The notes under the pieces are model-generated. The model was not told the origin of the DNA. It made no database searches and saw only the letters and a list, made by a program, of their open reading frames with translations. From assembly GCA_903896545.1 (NCBI GenBank), contig CAITYF010000197.1, forward strand, positions 11,665 through 75,664: DNA of 64,000 nt. Direction: 5' to 3'. Within the stretch, counting starts at the first letter, position 1. Every line of letters begins with the position of its first letter. The DNA is from an uncultured Myxococcales bacterium. Its GTDB lineage: Bacteria > Myxococcota_A > UBA9042. A program made the translations under genes and the position numbers. Shown piece by piece: positions 38,739 through 51,496 of this stretch.

Positions 38739-40037
38739 TCAAAATCCGCAGGAACAAGAGCCGACGGTCGCTGTCGGTGAATCAGGCAAGCAAAGGCAGC
38801 CCGACGGTGCGTTGCAGAACGCCGCGACGTTGTCGCACTTCAAACTCTTGTCGTAACAGAGACCGGTCGCGGTCGCGTCGCACGTGAGGTCAAAGGCGGT
38901 GCCGCCGAAGTTCTTGCAGTCGCTGTCCTTGGTGCAAGGTACGCCAGGATCGACTGTGGGCGTTCCGCTGCTGCAGGAAAACGTCTTGGGATTGCACGTG
39001 CCTTTCTTCTGCGCCGCGCAGGTCGCGTCACTTGTGCACTCGACGCACGACCAATTGCCGTTGACTTGGAAGCAATCGGGGTAGGGCGCCACGCACACTT
39101 GGCAGTCGTAGGGAATGGGGATGCACTTGTGCACGCTCACGTCGCACATTTTGCCGGCCTTGCAGTCGGTGTTGACCACGCATTCGCCGCAGGTGCCGTC
39201 GCTCAGTTTCAACGGTGCCTCGGGCGGACAGCCGATGGTGTTCACGCACGTGTGCGTCGTCGTGTCGCAGTGACCGCCGGGGCAGTTGCTGTCCAGGAGG
39301 CATGCGACGCAGCTGCCCAAAATGCACTTGTCGGGGCACTTGGCGCAGCCCGCGTCGGGTTTGCAGTTGCCGTAGCAGCACGCCAAGCCGGTGAACCCGC
39401 AGACGTTGCCGCCGTCGGTCTTTTGGCAGATCGCGCCGCCGGGACACGAGCCGTCCGGGCCGCATTCGGGCATGCAAATCGTTTGCGTGGAGAAGTCGGG
39501 ACTGGCGAGCGCGGCGCACTTCAAACCGGGGCCGCATTCCGTGGCGGTTTTGCACGGGGTGCAGGGCGCTTTGCCGGTGACGCACTTGCCGGTTACGGGC
39601 TGACACACCTGGTCGCTGGGGCAGCCGGTCGCGAGGCAACCCTCGCAGGAGTAGTTGGGCGGAAGGCAATGCGGCGCGGCGTCCTTCACGTCGGCCTTGT
39701 CACACGTGAACTTTGCGGAACAATCCGCCGCCGTCGTGCACTTTGGCGCGCAGAAGCTGCCGTTCAAAAGTGCGATGCAGTCCAGGTTCTCCGCGCAATC
39801 CGCCGTGTTCTCACACGATTGGCATGCGTTGCTGAGCGCCTTGGGCACATCGGCTACCGCGGCGTCCGTGGTGGCATCGCTGGGCGTGTCCAGCTCAAGC
39901 GCTGTGTCGACGGCGATCGCGGAATCGCTGGGAACGTCATCCGAGCCGAGGCCGGTGATTTGTGCATCGTCACCGCAGCTGGCGAGCAACAGCCCGCCGA
40001 TGCAAAAAAGCCAACAAGAAACAGCGCGCGTGGACAT
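38739..40037 (-). CDS. Cysteine-rich secreted lipoprotein (EGF/knottin-like tandem modules)
   Basis: Lipobox LLLASCGDD. ~60 Cys arranged in repeated CxxxxC...C patterns (CAPKCTTAADCSAKFTC, CTPCKTATECGPGLKC). Confidence 0.65.
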   Translation of the reverse strand: MSTRAVSCWLFCIGGLLLASCGDDAQITGLGSDDVPSDSAIAVDTALELDTPSDATTDAAVADVPKALSNACQSCENTADCAENLDCIALLNGSFCAPKCTTAADCSAKFTCDKADVKDAAPHCLPPNYSCEGCLATGCPSDQVCQPVTGKCVTGKAPCTPCKTATECGPGLKCAALASPDFSTQTICMPECGPDGSCPGGAICQKTDGGNVCGFTGLACCYGNCKPDAGCAKCPDKCILGSCVACLLDSNCPGGHCDTTTHTCVNTIGCPPEAPLKLSDGTCGECVVNTDCKAGKMCDVSVHKCIPIPYDCQVCVAPYPDCFQVNGNWSCVECTSDATCAAQKKGTCNPKTFSCSSGTPTVDPGVPCTKDSDCKNFGGTAFDLTCDATATGLCYDKSLKCDNVAAFCNAPSGCLCLPDSPTATVGSCSCGF

Positions 40038-40153
40038 GCGACTCCTGACGACCTCTCCCCGGCTGTGAGTGTAGCGTTTTGCGTGCGCGATAGGGAGCGT
40101 CGCCCCTCGTCGTCGGCTGACGATTGACCTACACTGAACGCCGGAGGTTCGTG

Positions 40154-40498
40154 ATGCGCCGATTCATCGTACCGTGTGTTCTTGCCGCTTCTGGACTGTC
40201 AGGCTGCCAACAGGAAGCCGACGTCCTCGCCACGCAATTCGACCAATCCTGCACGACCGCAAACGACTGCGTACGCGTCGAGGAACTCACGCATTCCGGC
40301 AGCATGTGCGTTTACCACTGCCCCGACGCGGCCATCAACGTCAAAGCCAAGGCCGCGTTTGACGCTGCCAAGACCGCAGCGACGTCGCACTGCACGAGTT
40401 CCGCCATGCCCGGTTGCGTCGCCGGCGGTCCCTTGGCGTGCATAAGCGGGCGTTGCAGCACGGCGCCGGCCGATCAGGACACGTCCAACGCCGACTGA
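40154..40498 (+). CDS. Small Cys-containing lipoprotein (hypothetical)
   Basis: Lipobox LAASGLSGCQQ. 114 aa with 8 Cys. Confidence 0.5.
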   Translation: MRRFIVPCVLAASGLSGCQQEADVLATQFDQSCTTANDCVRVEELTHSGSMCVYHCPDAAINVKAKAAFDAAKTAATSHCTSSAMPGCVAGGPLACISGRCSTAPADQDTSNAD

Positions 40499-40639
40499 AA
40501 GTGCGTGGGCAGGGTGAAGCGTGCGCCCACTGGGGGCGGCGTCTCCACCCTCAGGAGGCGGAGTGGCCGCCCATCAGGGGACGATCGCCTACCCCGGTGG
40601 GGCGGATCGGGTGCCTATTGGGGGTAGTCGGTCCGCCTG

Positions 40640-43339
<2,700 letters not shown>

Positions 43340-43347
43340 TCAACGCC

Positions 43348-44352
43348 ATGCCACGCCGCACCCTCCAAGACCGTTACGCTCGCTTCCAGAAAATCGGTCT
43401 GCAAGCGGCGACGCAACTTCAGGCGTTCGTCGGCGCTGAGCAAGAACGTCCGCTGTGGAAGCAGCTTTCCGAGGAAGCCGGCGAGGCGGCGCAAGACATG
43501 GCGGCGCTGCTGTTGTCCGGCACCTGGCGCACGCCGGATGATGAAGTGGATCGACGCATCGAGCAGCTTTTGCAAGGCCAGCACTTGGGCGAATTCGGCG
43601 TGGATCCGTTTGGCTACGCGCCAGAGTCGCTGCGCGTCATGGTCCCGGTCATGGACTTCATGTTGCGGCTCTGGTTCCGCGCGGAGTGCTTTGACCTCCA
43701 GCGTGTGCCCGCGGGGCGCGTGCTGCTGATTGCCAACCATTCTGGGCAGTTGCCGTTTGATGGCGCGGTCATCGCCTCCGCGATGTTGCTGGAGCACGAA
43801 CCGCCGCGCATGCCGCGCACGATGGTCGAGAAGTTTGCGACCGCGCTGCCCGCATTTGGCAATCTCGTCTACCGTTCAGGCTCCGTGACGGGCTTGCCGG
43901 ACAACTGCCGCCGCCTCTTGGAAAACGACGAGTGCGTGCTGGTGTTCCCTGAAGGCGCGCGCGGCATTTCCAAGCCATTCCGCGAACGTTACCGCATGAC
44001 GGCGTTTGGCCACGGCTTCATGCGTCTCGCTTTGGAAACCAACACGCCGATCGTGCCGATCGCAGTGGTGGGAGCAGAAGAGCAGACGATCAACATGTTT
44101 GATTTCAAGAGTCTGGCGCGCATCCTGCACACGCCGTCGCTCGCGATCACGCCTCTGATGCCGCTCATCGGTCCGCTGGCGATGCTGCCGTCGCCGGTGA
44201 AGTACCGCATCTATTTTGGTGAACCGCTGAAATTTGAAGGCGATCCCAACGACGACGAGGCGATTATTGCGCCCAAGGTCGCTGAAGTGAAAAACGCGAT
44301 TCAGGCCATGATGGATCGCGGTCTGCGTGAACGCCGCGGCTACTTCGTCTGA
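43348..44352 (+). CDS. Lysophospholipid (1-acyl-glycerol-3-phosphate-type) acyltransferase family protein
   Basis: IANHSGQLPFDG (HX4-6D-like acyltransferase motif) and VFPEGARG (FPEG motif). Divergent from gyrB. Confidence 0.65.
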   Translation: MPRRTLQDRYARFQKIGLQAATQLQAFVGAEQERPLWKQLSEEAGEAAQDMAALLLSGTWRTPDDEVDRRIEQLLQGQHLGEFGVDPFGYAPESLRVMVPVMDFMLRLWFRAECFDLQRVPAGRVLLIANHSGQLPFDGAVIASAMLLEHEPPRMPRTMVEKFATALPAFGNLVYRSGSVTGLPDNCRRLLENDECVLVFPEGARGISKPFRERYRMTAFGHGFMRLALETNTPIVPIAVVGAEEQTINMFDFKSLARILHTPSLAITPLMPLIGPLAMLPSPVKYRIYFGEPLKFEGDPNDDEAIIAPKVAEVKNAIQAMMDRGLRERRGYFV

Positions 44353-44357
44353 TGGCA

Positions 44358-45449
44358 TTACGCATTTCCGTCGATCCGCGGCTTACGTCCTCGACGGCCT
44401 CGGTCACGTACGTCAAGTACGCTCCCGTCGGCCGCCTGCGGGCGCGCTCGCGCCTCGCCGGGAACTGCGTGCGCCAGGGATACGTCGCCCCACGTGGAGA
44501 TTTGACTGCGGAACCACGTCACCTGCGCGGCGAGACCCGCGTCCAGCGGCGTGTGCGGCGCGTACCCGAGCGCGGCGGTTGCGCGAGTCAGATCTGCCCA
44601 AGTTCGGTCGACGTCGCCCGCCTGCATCGGTAGCCACTTCACTTTCGCGGGCTTGCCCACGGCGCCTTCGATCGCCGCGACCAGATCACGCAGGGAAATC
44701 GGCCCCGAATTGCCAATGTTGTAGATCGCGTACGTTGGCGCCACGGTCCTGTCGAGCGCGCGCACGATGCCGTCTACGGTGTCCAGCACGAACGTGTAGT
44801 CGCGACTCGACGAGCCGTCGCCGTAGAGGGAAATCGTTTCGCCTTCGTCGATCATGCGAATAAACTTGGCAATCGCCAGATCTGGACGTTGCCGCGGACC
44901 GTACACAGTGAAAAAACGCAGACAAATGACGGACAAACCGTGCAAGTGATGCCACGTGTGGCAGAGCAGTTCGCCCGCTTTCTTGGTCGCTGCGTAAGGA
45001 GAAATCGGCTTGTCCACCGGTTCGTCCTCAGCAAACGGCACGCGCTGGGCGTTGCCATAGACCGACGAACTCGAAGCAAAGACCAAGCGCGAAATCTGCG
45101 CCTCACGCATCGCTTCCAGGAGGTTGAGCGTGCCGCGCACGTTGATGTCCTCGTACACGAGCGGCTCGCGGATGGACGGCTGCACGCCGGCCATTGCCGC
45201 CAAGTGCACCACAGCGTCGATGTCGACAAGCGTTGCCCGCAGCGCCGCAAGGTCGCGCAGATCGGCCCGCACGAGCGTAAAGCGATCGCCGCCGAGGCGC
45301 TGCACTTCTGCGATGTTACGCTCTTTTTGCGCTGGATCGTAAAACGCGTTGAAGTGATCCAGGCCCGTGACTGTGTGACCGTCATTCAGCAGGCGCTCGC
45401 ACAGGTGCGAACCGATAAACCCCGCTGCTCCTGTCACCAGCACACGCAT
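44358..45449 (-). CDS. NAD-dependent epimerase/dehydratase (UDP-sugar 4-epimerase-like extended SDR)
   Basis: VLVTGAAGFIGSHLCERLL, the YAATKKAGE (YxxxK) block. Start at MRVLVTG. Confidence 0.8.
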   Translation of the reverse strand: MRVLVTGAAGFIGSHLCERLLNDGHTVTGLDHFNAFYDPAQKERNIAEVQRLGGDRFTLVRADLRDLAALRATLVDIDAVVHLAAMAGVQPSIREPLVYEDINVRGTLNLLEAMREAQISRLVFASSSSVYGNAQRVPFAEDEPVDKPISPYAATKKAGELLCHTWHHLHGLSVICLRFFTVYGPRQRPDLAIAKFIRMIDEGETISLYGDGSSSRDYTFVLDTVDGIVRALDRTVAPTYAIYNIGNSGPISLRDLVAAIEGAVGKPAKVKWLPMQAGDVDRTWADLTRATAALGYAPHTPLDAGLAAQVTWFRSQISTWGDVSLAHAVPGEARARPQAADGSVLDVRDRGRRGRKPRIDGNA

Positions 45450-45569
45450 GGAACCCCGCGCCGACAAGTGATTCGGCGACGGTAGCATAGGGGTTCACGT
45501 CGTCCGCGCCAAGTTCTGATACTTGCCAGCGCGTGCGGGCTGTGCGATCCATCGGGCGAGGAGGCGCAG

Positions 45570-46574
45570 ATGGCACGCAGGAAGTCGCTCGTGGTCGTAA
45601 CTGGCGTCGGTGGGCGTTTGGGGCAGCTGTTGGCGCGGCGCCTGCATCGTCAGGAAGACATGGAAGTCGCGGGCATCGATCGCCGCGCGTTTCCGCGCAA
45701 ACCGGCGGACGTGGAGCATTTTCGCATCGATATCCGGCGCAAGGCGGCCGAAGACCTGTTCCGGACCCGCCAAGTCGACGTGATTTTCCATCTGGGTCTG
45801 ATGCACGATCCGCGTCAAGGTTCGGGCGAACACCACACGTGGAACATTCGCGGGACGCAGCAGATCCTCGAATTCGCTCACCGCTATGGCGTGCCCAAGG
45901 TCGTGATTCTTTCAACCGGCGACGTTTACGGCCCGGCGGGCGACAACCCGGCGTTCATCACCGAAGACGCGCCGCTTCTGGGGGCCCAGCGGTTTGCGGC
46001 GTTGCGCGATCTCATCGCCGTGGACATGACCGCGCAGTCGTGGTTCTGGAAGCACCCGGAGATTGAGACCGTCGTCCTGCGTCCCGCGCACATCCTGGGC
46101 GCCACGCACAACGCGGTCTCCAATTATCTGCGCCTGCCGCGCCCGCCAGTGCTGATGGGCTTTGATCCGATGATGCAGGTCATCCACGAAGAAGACGTCG
46201 TCGCGGCGCTCTTGGCGGCGGCGACGCCAGGCATTCGCGGTGTGTTCAACGTCGTCGGTCCCGACGCGCTGCCGTTGCGCACGCTCATCGAGGTCACGGG
46301 CAAGCAGCCTCTGGAACTGCCGCATGTTGTGTTGCCCGCAGTCGTCAATCGCCTGTTTCAGATGCGCTTCTCGGAGTTTCCGGCCGCAGAATTGGACTAC
46401 CTTCGGTACGCTGCCACCTTGGACGGTGCGCGTGCGCGCGAAATCCTGCGGTTCAAACACCACTACGGCGTGCGTGAAGCCGTCGCGGCGGCGTTGCGGC
46501 GGGACATTTTTGATGGCGCCGTTGAAGGTCCTCGCAAGAAGGCCCGGCCGCGGGCGAGCGTGCGCGTGGGGTGA
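45570..46574 (+). CDS. NAD-dependent epimerase/dehydratase family protein (atypical)
   Basis: VVVTGVGGRLGQLLARRL Rossmann-like N-terminus and an extended SDR layout. Divergent from the previous gene. Confidence 0.6.
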   Translation: MARRKSLVVVTGVGGRLGQLLARRLHRQEDMEVAGIDRRAFPRKPADVEHFRIDIRRKAAEDLFRTRQVDVIFHLGLMHDPRQGSGEHHTWNIRGTQQILEFAHRYGVPKVVILSTGDVYGPAGDNPAFITEDAPLLGAQRFAALRDLIAVDMTAQSWFWKHPEIETVVLRPAHILGATHNAVSNYLRLPRPPVLMGFDPMMQVIHEEDVVAALLAAATPGIRGVFNVVGPDALPLRTLIEVTGKQPLELPHVVLPAVVNRLFQMRFSEFPAAELDYLRYAATLDGARAREILRFKHHYGVREAVAAALRRDIFDGAVEGPRKKARPRASVRVG

Positions 46575-46577
46575 GCT

Positions 46578-47813
46578 TCAGTCCTGCGGCACCAGCTTGA
46601 ACGACGCGAGCGGTCCCGGCTGGAGGGCAAACACGCGTTTCTCCGCACTTGCTTCGCTTGTGGGCCCCAAGCGGCGAAACGCGCAAGTCAGCTTTTGCAC
46701 CGGCGGGTCGCCTTCACAATCCCAGACGCCCTCCTGTTCCAGCGGCTGGAGCGGGAATTCTACGGCGGTCACCGCGTCTCGCGTCACTTGCCAGAGCGTG
46801 TACCCGGCGTGCGTCCACGCGCGACCTAGCCGCGACTGTTCAGGAGTCGCTGGCAGCGCGACGCGTTGCAGCAGCAGCGTCCGCAGTGGCTCGTCGGTTT
46901 TGGTCTGCGGCAGCGCCAGGTCCCACGCGCCTTCGCGCCAGAGCGGGATCCGTCCCGTCGCGTCAGCCGCTCCATGGAGCAGCGCTGCCCGCGGCGCGCC
47001 ATCCTCACCCAACAGCAGCGTGTAGCGTTGCGCATCGCGGTGGTCCGTCGCCGTGGAAGCCGCGTCTTCCGCCGCGTTCAGGTCTTCAAACCGTGGCAAC
47101 GCGTTCTCCGACTGCCAGGATGCGGTCGACACAGCCTGCAGTTGCGCGAGCCAGCCGCCCGCCGGCAGCGCCACGAGCCAGGTGAAGCGCTTGTCCAGCA
47201 GCGTCGGATGCAGCACAAAATCGGGCGTCGCCTGCGGCTCGGGTTGGGACGTCAGCTGCGTCGGCAACGACCACTGCACGCCAAAAGCCCGCTGGACTTG
47301 GCCCTGTGCCGTCGCTTGGACCAGCAATCGCAGCTGGCGTCGCAGCGTCGGCTTGGCGTCGACGCATGCCAGATCGACGCCGAGCCACGGCGGCGTCGCA
47401 TCGTCGCCGGGGTGCAGCACTTCCACGTGGAGCCGCGGCGGCGCGTCCCGCGGACATGTGAGCGCATCCGTCGGCAAGGGCGCGGCCGCAATGGGCTGGA
47501 ACTGCGGCTTGGTATCTGCGTGCAGGCGCACCACGTTCAGCGACGCGAGGACCAGCGGGTGGTGACTGAGCTTCAAGTCTGGCTTCTGCAGGTCGCGCAG
47601 CAGCATCGCCTGCCACGTCACGAGCCAAGTCGGCGGTGGCTCGTGCTGGGTCAGGCCGGGAATCGTCTCCGCAGCCGCGCCAGGTGCCTCCGCGCCCGTC
47701 AGGAAGGCCAACAGCTTGGCCTGGAGCACGGTTGTCTTGGAAAATGCCGGCGTCTCTTCCGCCGCCGCGTGGCGCGCACAGAGCAGCACCGCCAGCGCGA
47801 CGAAACGCTTCAT
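46578..47813 (-). CDS. Hypothetical secreted protein
   Basis: Signal peptide MKRFVALAVLLCARHAAAEE. No recognisable family. The upstream ORF extension lies within the 144-bp repeat and was excluded. Confidence 0.5.
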   Translation of the reverse strand: MKRFVALAVLLCARHAAAEETPAFSKTTVLQAKLLAFLTGAEAPGAAAETIPGLTQHEPPPTWLVTWQAMLLRDLQKPDLKLSHHPLVLASLNVVRLHADTKPQFQPIAAAPLPTDALTCPRDAPPRLHVEVLHPGDDATPPWLGVDLACVDAKPTLRRQLRLLVQATAQGQVQRAFGVQWSLPTQLTSQPEPQATPDFVLHPTLLDKRFTWLVALPAGGWLAQLQAVSTASWQSENALPRFEDLNAAEDAASTATDHRDAQRYTLLLGEDGAPRAALLHGAADATGRIPLWREGAWDLALPQTKTDEPLRTLLLQRVALPATPEQSRLGRAWTHAGYTLWQVTRDAVTAVEFPLQPLEQEGVWDCEGDPPVQKLTCAFRRLGPTSEASAEKRVFALQPGPLASFKLVPQD

Positions 47814-47825
47814 GGGCAAGCTACA

Positions 47826-47969
47826 CATCCCTGCATTGACTCGGAGCCAAATATCTTGTGTCGCCGCGAGTCGGCCCGCAGGGACGCGAGCTTGGCGACC
47901 CACCTAGCAGCCCAAACATGCCCACCCAGCGTTCAGCATTTGATCTCCAGTCCTGGCAGGCATGTTTAG
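47826..47969 (+). repeat. 144-bp MITE-like repeat, copy 2
   Basis: CATCCCTGCATTGACTCGGAGCC...GGCAGGCATGTTTAG. Its terminal TTTAG supplies the TAA stop (minus strand) of the gene at 47966-48970. Confidence 0.8.
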
Positions 47970-48970
47970 CGGGTCGCGTGCGCGCGGGCCACACGTCCCA
48001 GCAAATCATCGATGTCGTGCTGCAACGTCGCATCCGCGGACGTTCGCACAGCAGCCAGGCGTGCCGGCAGGTCGGGCAGATCCGCCAGCTGCAGCGACTG
48101 CACCACGCGCTCGCGCGACTCGCCCTGCGTTTTGGCCAGAAGCGGCAGCAGGGCGTCCGTCACGCGCTGACGGACGCGCAGGCCGTCCTCCGCGCGCACG
48201 CGACCCAGCGCCTGCCACGACCAACTCGACGCAATCGCGCCCATGGCCTGAACGATCGTCCGCTGTGTCGCGTCATCTTTGGCTGTCGCCAGCGCAGACA
48301 CCAACAACTGCGCGGCATCCGTGCGCTTGCACACCCCCAGACCGGCGATCGCCGCCGTGTACAGCGGGTCGTCCGCGCGGAGGTGCTGCTGCAGCGCCTG
48401 CAGTTCCAGCGCGCCCCCCAGACGCCCCAAAGCTTCCGCCGTCGCACGCGCCACGGTCATTTGCCGACCCAGCGGCGTGAGCAGCTCCTGACGACCGCGC
48501 GCCTGTTGCCACAGCGTGTGCAGAACGCCGCGCGCCCGGGTGTCGCGCAACGTGCCCACAGCCTCGAGGAGACCGACCAACAGCGCGCGCTCTTCCTTCG
48601 CGCGGTTCACCGCGTCCGTCGACAAACCTTGCGGCGACCAATCCAACGCCAGCGCGCTCAACATCGGCAGCAGGCCGGCAGTACCGAGGGCGCGCAATTC
48701 GCGGCTGCAGTTCGGCTCTGGCGTACGCGCCGCCATCCAGCCGTCGGGACGACATCCCTTGGCCACCGCCACGATGTCGTACGCCGCCGGACGCGCCAGA
48801 CGATCCGCCATCACCGCATTTTGCAGCGCCGTGCGGTCCGCAGGTCCCATCTGCGCCGCCTGAATCGCCAACCCTGCGGGCTCGGCTGCCAGCGCCGGTG
48901 CTGCCGCGCTCAGCGAGCCAACCGTCAGCGCCAGGAAAATCATCTTCTGCTTCATCATCTTGTGCCTCAT
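47966..48970 (-). CDS. Hypothetical secreted alpha-helical (HEAT/ARM-like) repeat protein
   Basis: Signal peptide MIFLALTVGSLSAAAPALA, followed by Leu/Ala-rich helical repeats. Confidence 0.5.
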   Translation of the reverse strand: MRHKMMKQKMIFLALTVGSLSAAAPALAAEPAGLAIQAAQMGPADRTALQNAVMADRLARPAAYDIVAVAKGCRPDGWMAARTPEPNCSRELRALGTAGLLPMLSALALDWSPQGLSTDAVNRAKEERALLVGLLEAVGTLRDTRARGVLHTLWQQARGRQELLTPLGRQMTVARATAEALGRLGGALELQALQQHLRADDPLYTAAIAGLGVCKRTDAAQLLVSALATAKDDATQRTIVQAMGAIASSWSWQALGRVRAEDGLRVRQRVTDALLPLLAKTQGESRERVVQSLQLADLPDLPARLAAVRTSADATLQHDIDDLLGRVARAHATR

Positions 48971-49134
48971 TTCCAGAAGTTGCGTCTGCGGTCCGGCTCA
49001 TTCACTCCGACCGAAGTTCGAGATCAAACCTTCTTCATCCGCGGCGTGCCACCGGAGGTGCACGCTCGTGGATCCAGTCCGAAATGCGACAGGTTTGACC
49101 AGATGAATGTGGTGTTGAACATCGTTCACCCTGT

Positions 49135-51345
49135 TTAGTGTTTCACGAGCCACCACTGCCAGGTCGGCTGCGGCGGGCCTTCCGGGTTCGTCCCGCAGTG
49201 CACTTCGCCCTCGTTGATGTGGTAACTCTCGAAGTCGTCGATGAAAAACACCTTCATGCCCTGGCCGTCCGCGCCCAGCGCGTTCACCGGCGTACCCAAG
49301 CGATCCTTCAGGTCCTGGGCAAAGACGTCGACGCCGTTCACCTTTGGACCAAACGGGTTCGGAATTTCCATCGTGTTGCCCACGAGCAGCATGTTCGCCG
49401 TGCCGGGCTGCCACGCGATCTTGCCACCGCCGACTTCCTCGGTCAGGAACGGCATCTCAATGATCTCGGCGTCCGTCAGACCGGTCGCGTCGACAACCGT
49501 CTTGCGGATGCCATCCGCCGCCGCTTGCGCCTCTTGCGACCACTGCAGCAGATCGGAATTGTTCAGCGTCTCCGTCACCGATTTTGCCGCAGGCACCATG
49601 GTGGAATCGGTTTCGTTCTTGTACGTGTTCTTGCCGTCAAAGAGCAGCGCGGCACCGTGGCCGTCGTCCGCCAGCTTCTGCAGCATCTGCTTGGCGAGGT
49701 TGTTCGACGCGACCAGCAGCTTCCAGCCGCGGTCCGTCTTCGCCGGCGAATAGCTGAGCACTTCATCGACGTGACCGACAAGCAGCCAACTCGTATCCAC
49801 TTCCAGCGCCGGCGACTGCGGTCCCTGCGCGTTGTAGAACTGCGACGTCTCGTCCAGGATCCCCGAACCGTGGATGATCCGTCCGACCGGGAACTTGTCC
49901 TGGTTGTTGGAGTAGGCCGGCAGCAAGTCGTGATTGCCGTGGCTGTCGTAGCTCGAACCCGAGTTGGGCGACAGGTAGATGGCGATCGCGGCTTTGTCCT
50001 TGCCCAGATAGCTGGAACGCAGCCACGCGATGGGCAGCAACTTCGGCGAGCACGCGTTGTAACGGCCCCACGGGCGGGCGTTGGCGACGCGCATGCCGTG
50101 GATCTTGGTCTTGCCGTCGGCGTCCTTGCCCTGCGGAATGGAAGTCCACGCGGTCTGGTAGTAATCCTGCGTCCACGCGTCGTTCCATTTGCCGCCCGAC
50201 GAACCGTTGGCATACGTCGTGAACTTCACGTTCGCGCCGTTCGCGCCCAGTGCCGCCTTCAGGTCGGGCACAAACGGCGTGAAGTAGTTCGCCGCGCGCA
50301 CTTCATCAAACGGCGTCAGGTTGCCGTTGAGAATCCACGGCGCGACGTGCAGGAGCACAGACTTCTTGCCATCGACGAGTTCTTTGGTCGGAATCGGCTT
50401 GGCCTTGGCGTCGGTGCCCTGACCGATCCAGTAGGTGATGCGCACGTTGCCGTTCCACGAGTCGTCGCGGCGGAAGTCGCGCCCTTCGATCGCCAGCTTC
50501 ACGCCCTTGCGAAGGTCGTCGGCCGTCAGAATGCCCGCCTTGGCGTTGGTGTCCGCGCAGTCATCCGGCGCGCTGTCGGGGCAAAATGCGAACGTCGGCA
50601 CGCAGTCGTTGTTCACGCCGGCGACGATTTCCCAGCCGTTTGCGCCATTCTTCCACAGGCGCACCTTCTCCGGGTTGTCGATCGAGAGCACGCCCACGTA
50701 GCCGTCAGGCGCGTCCGGCCAAGCGGCGATTGTGATCGGCGCCAGATCGAGTTCGTCGTCTGCGCCGTTGATGCTCGTGTCCAGGACGTCTTCGATCTTG
50801 TCGCCGTCGTCGTCGTCCAAATTCGCGAGGTAGGAAGCGCCAAATTCGCTCGTCCATTCATTGCTGTGCGCCTGATCGTCGGCGTTCTTCAGGTCGGCTA
50901 CGCCGTCGCGGTTCGCGTCCACGACAAGGTCAACGATCGGCGTGGCCAAGGTGCCGTCAGTGCCGTCCGCGCCACCGTCGCCCGACGACGCGTCAGACCC
51001 CGATAGGCACTTGAGGTGCGCGTTGTACACGCAGGATGTCACCGCGCCAACTTGCATCGTGGTTGCCTGATCCGTCAGGCCCTGCACGCATTTGCTGAGG
51101 CACGTCGAGTCAGTCTGGTCGCAGGAGCCCACGCAATTGAGCCAAGTCTGGCAGCCGCCGACGCACTTCCCAATCTCGCTGGAACACGCGGTCTGCTCGC
51201 ACGCGCCGGCAAACTTGCTGTCGGCCGAGATTGTGCCGCCTGGCGTCGACGTGGTTGTGGTTCCGCAGCCCGCAAGCAAGCAAAGCGTTGCCAGTGGCAC
51301 GCCCGAGGCTGACAGGACACGCTTGAAGAACAAGTTATTTTGCAT
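49135..51345 (-). CDS. Protein-arginine deiminase (eukaryote-type PAD) homologue lipoprotein with a Cys-rich N-terminal module
   Basis: C-terminal FFIDDFESYHINEGEVHCGTNPEG matches the PAD active-site Cys block (GEVHCGTN). Acidic Ca-site-like stretches (DLVVDANRDGVADL, LDDDDGDKIEDV). Lipobox LLAGCGTT. Confidence 0.65.
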   Translation of the reverse strand: MQNNLFFKRVLSASGVPLATLCLLAGCGTTTTSTPGGTISADSKFAGACEQTACSSEIGKCVGGCQTWLNCVGSCDQTDSTCLSKCVQGLTDQATTMQVGAVTSCVYNAHLKCLSGSDASSGDGGADGTDGTLATPIVDLVVDANRDGVADLKNADDQAHSNEWTSEFGASYLANLDDDDGDKIEDVLDTSINGADDELDLAPITIAAWPDAPDGYVGVLSIDNPEKVRLWKNGANGWEIVAGVNNDCVPTFAFCPDSAPDDCADTNAKAGILTADDLRKGVKLAIEGRDFRRDDSWNGNVRITYWIGQGTDAKAKPIPTKELVDGKKSVLLHVAPWILNGNLTPFDEVRAANYFTPFVPDLKAALGANGANVKFTTYANGSSGGKWNDAWTQDYYQTAWTSIPQGKDADGKTKIHGMRVANARPWGRYNACSPKLLPIAWLRSSYLGKDKAAIAIYLSPNSGSSYDSHGNHDLLPAYSNNQDKFPVGRIIHGSGILDETSQFYNAQGPQSPALEVDTSWLLVGHVDEVLSYSPAKTDRGWKLLVASNNLAKQMLQKLADDGHGAALLFDGKNTYKNETDSTMVPAAKSVTETLNNSDLLQWSQEAQAAADGIRKTVVDATGLTDAEIIEMPFLTEEVGGGKIAWQPGTANMLLVGNTMEIPNPFGPKVNGVDVFAQDLKDRLGTPVNALGADGQGMKVFFIDDFESYHINEGEVHCGTNPEGPPQPTWQWWLVKH

Positions 51346-51496
51346 GGCAATCTCGCGGGCAAATGCGTAAACGAAGGCACAGCGCACCGCAGCAATCGCG
51401 GTGCGGCATGCACCCTAGCTGTTTTGTGACGACCGTGCAACGACGCAACGCGTCACCCGCAGAAGTTCGTGAGGGTGACGCGCGGCATCAGTGTGA

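Noticed and set aside
47821-48033. Short ORFs encoding the recurring peptide ...GMFRLLAGSPSSRPCGPTRGDTRYLAPSQ... (also 26518-27060 plus and 60954-61397 minus)
   Set aside because: The shared peptide is read from the 144-bp MITE-like repeat in three places. The repetition reflects the DNA repeat, not a gene family.
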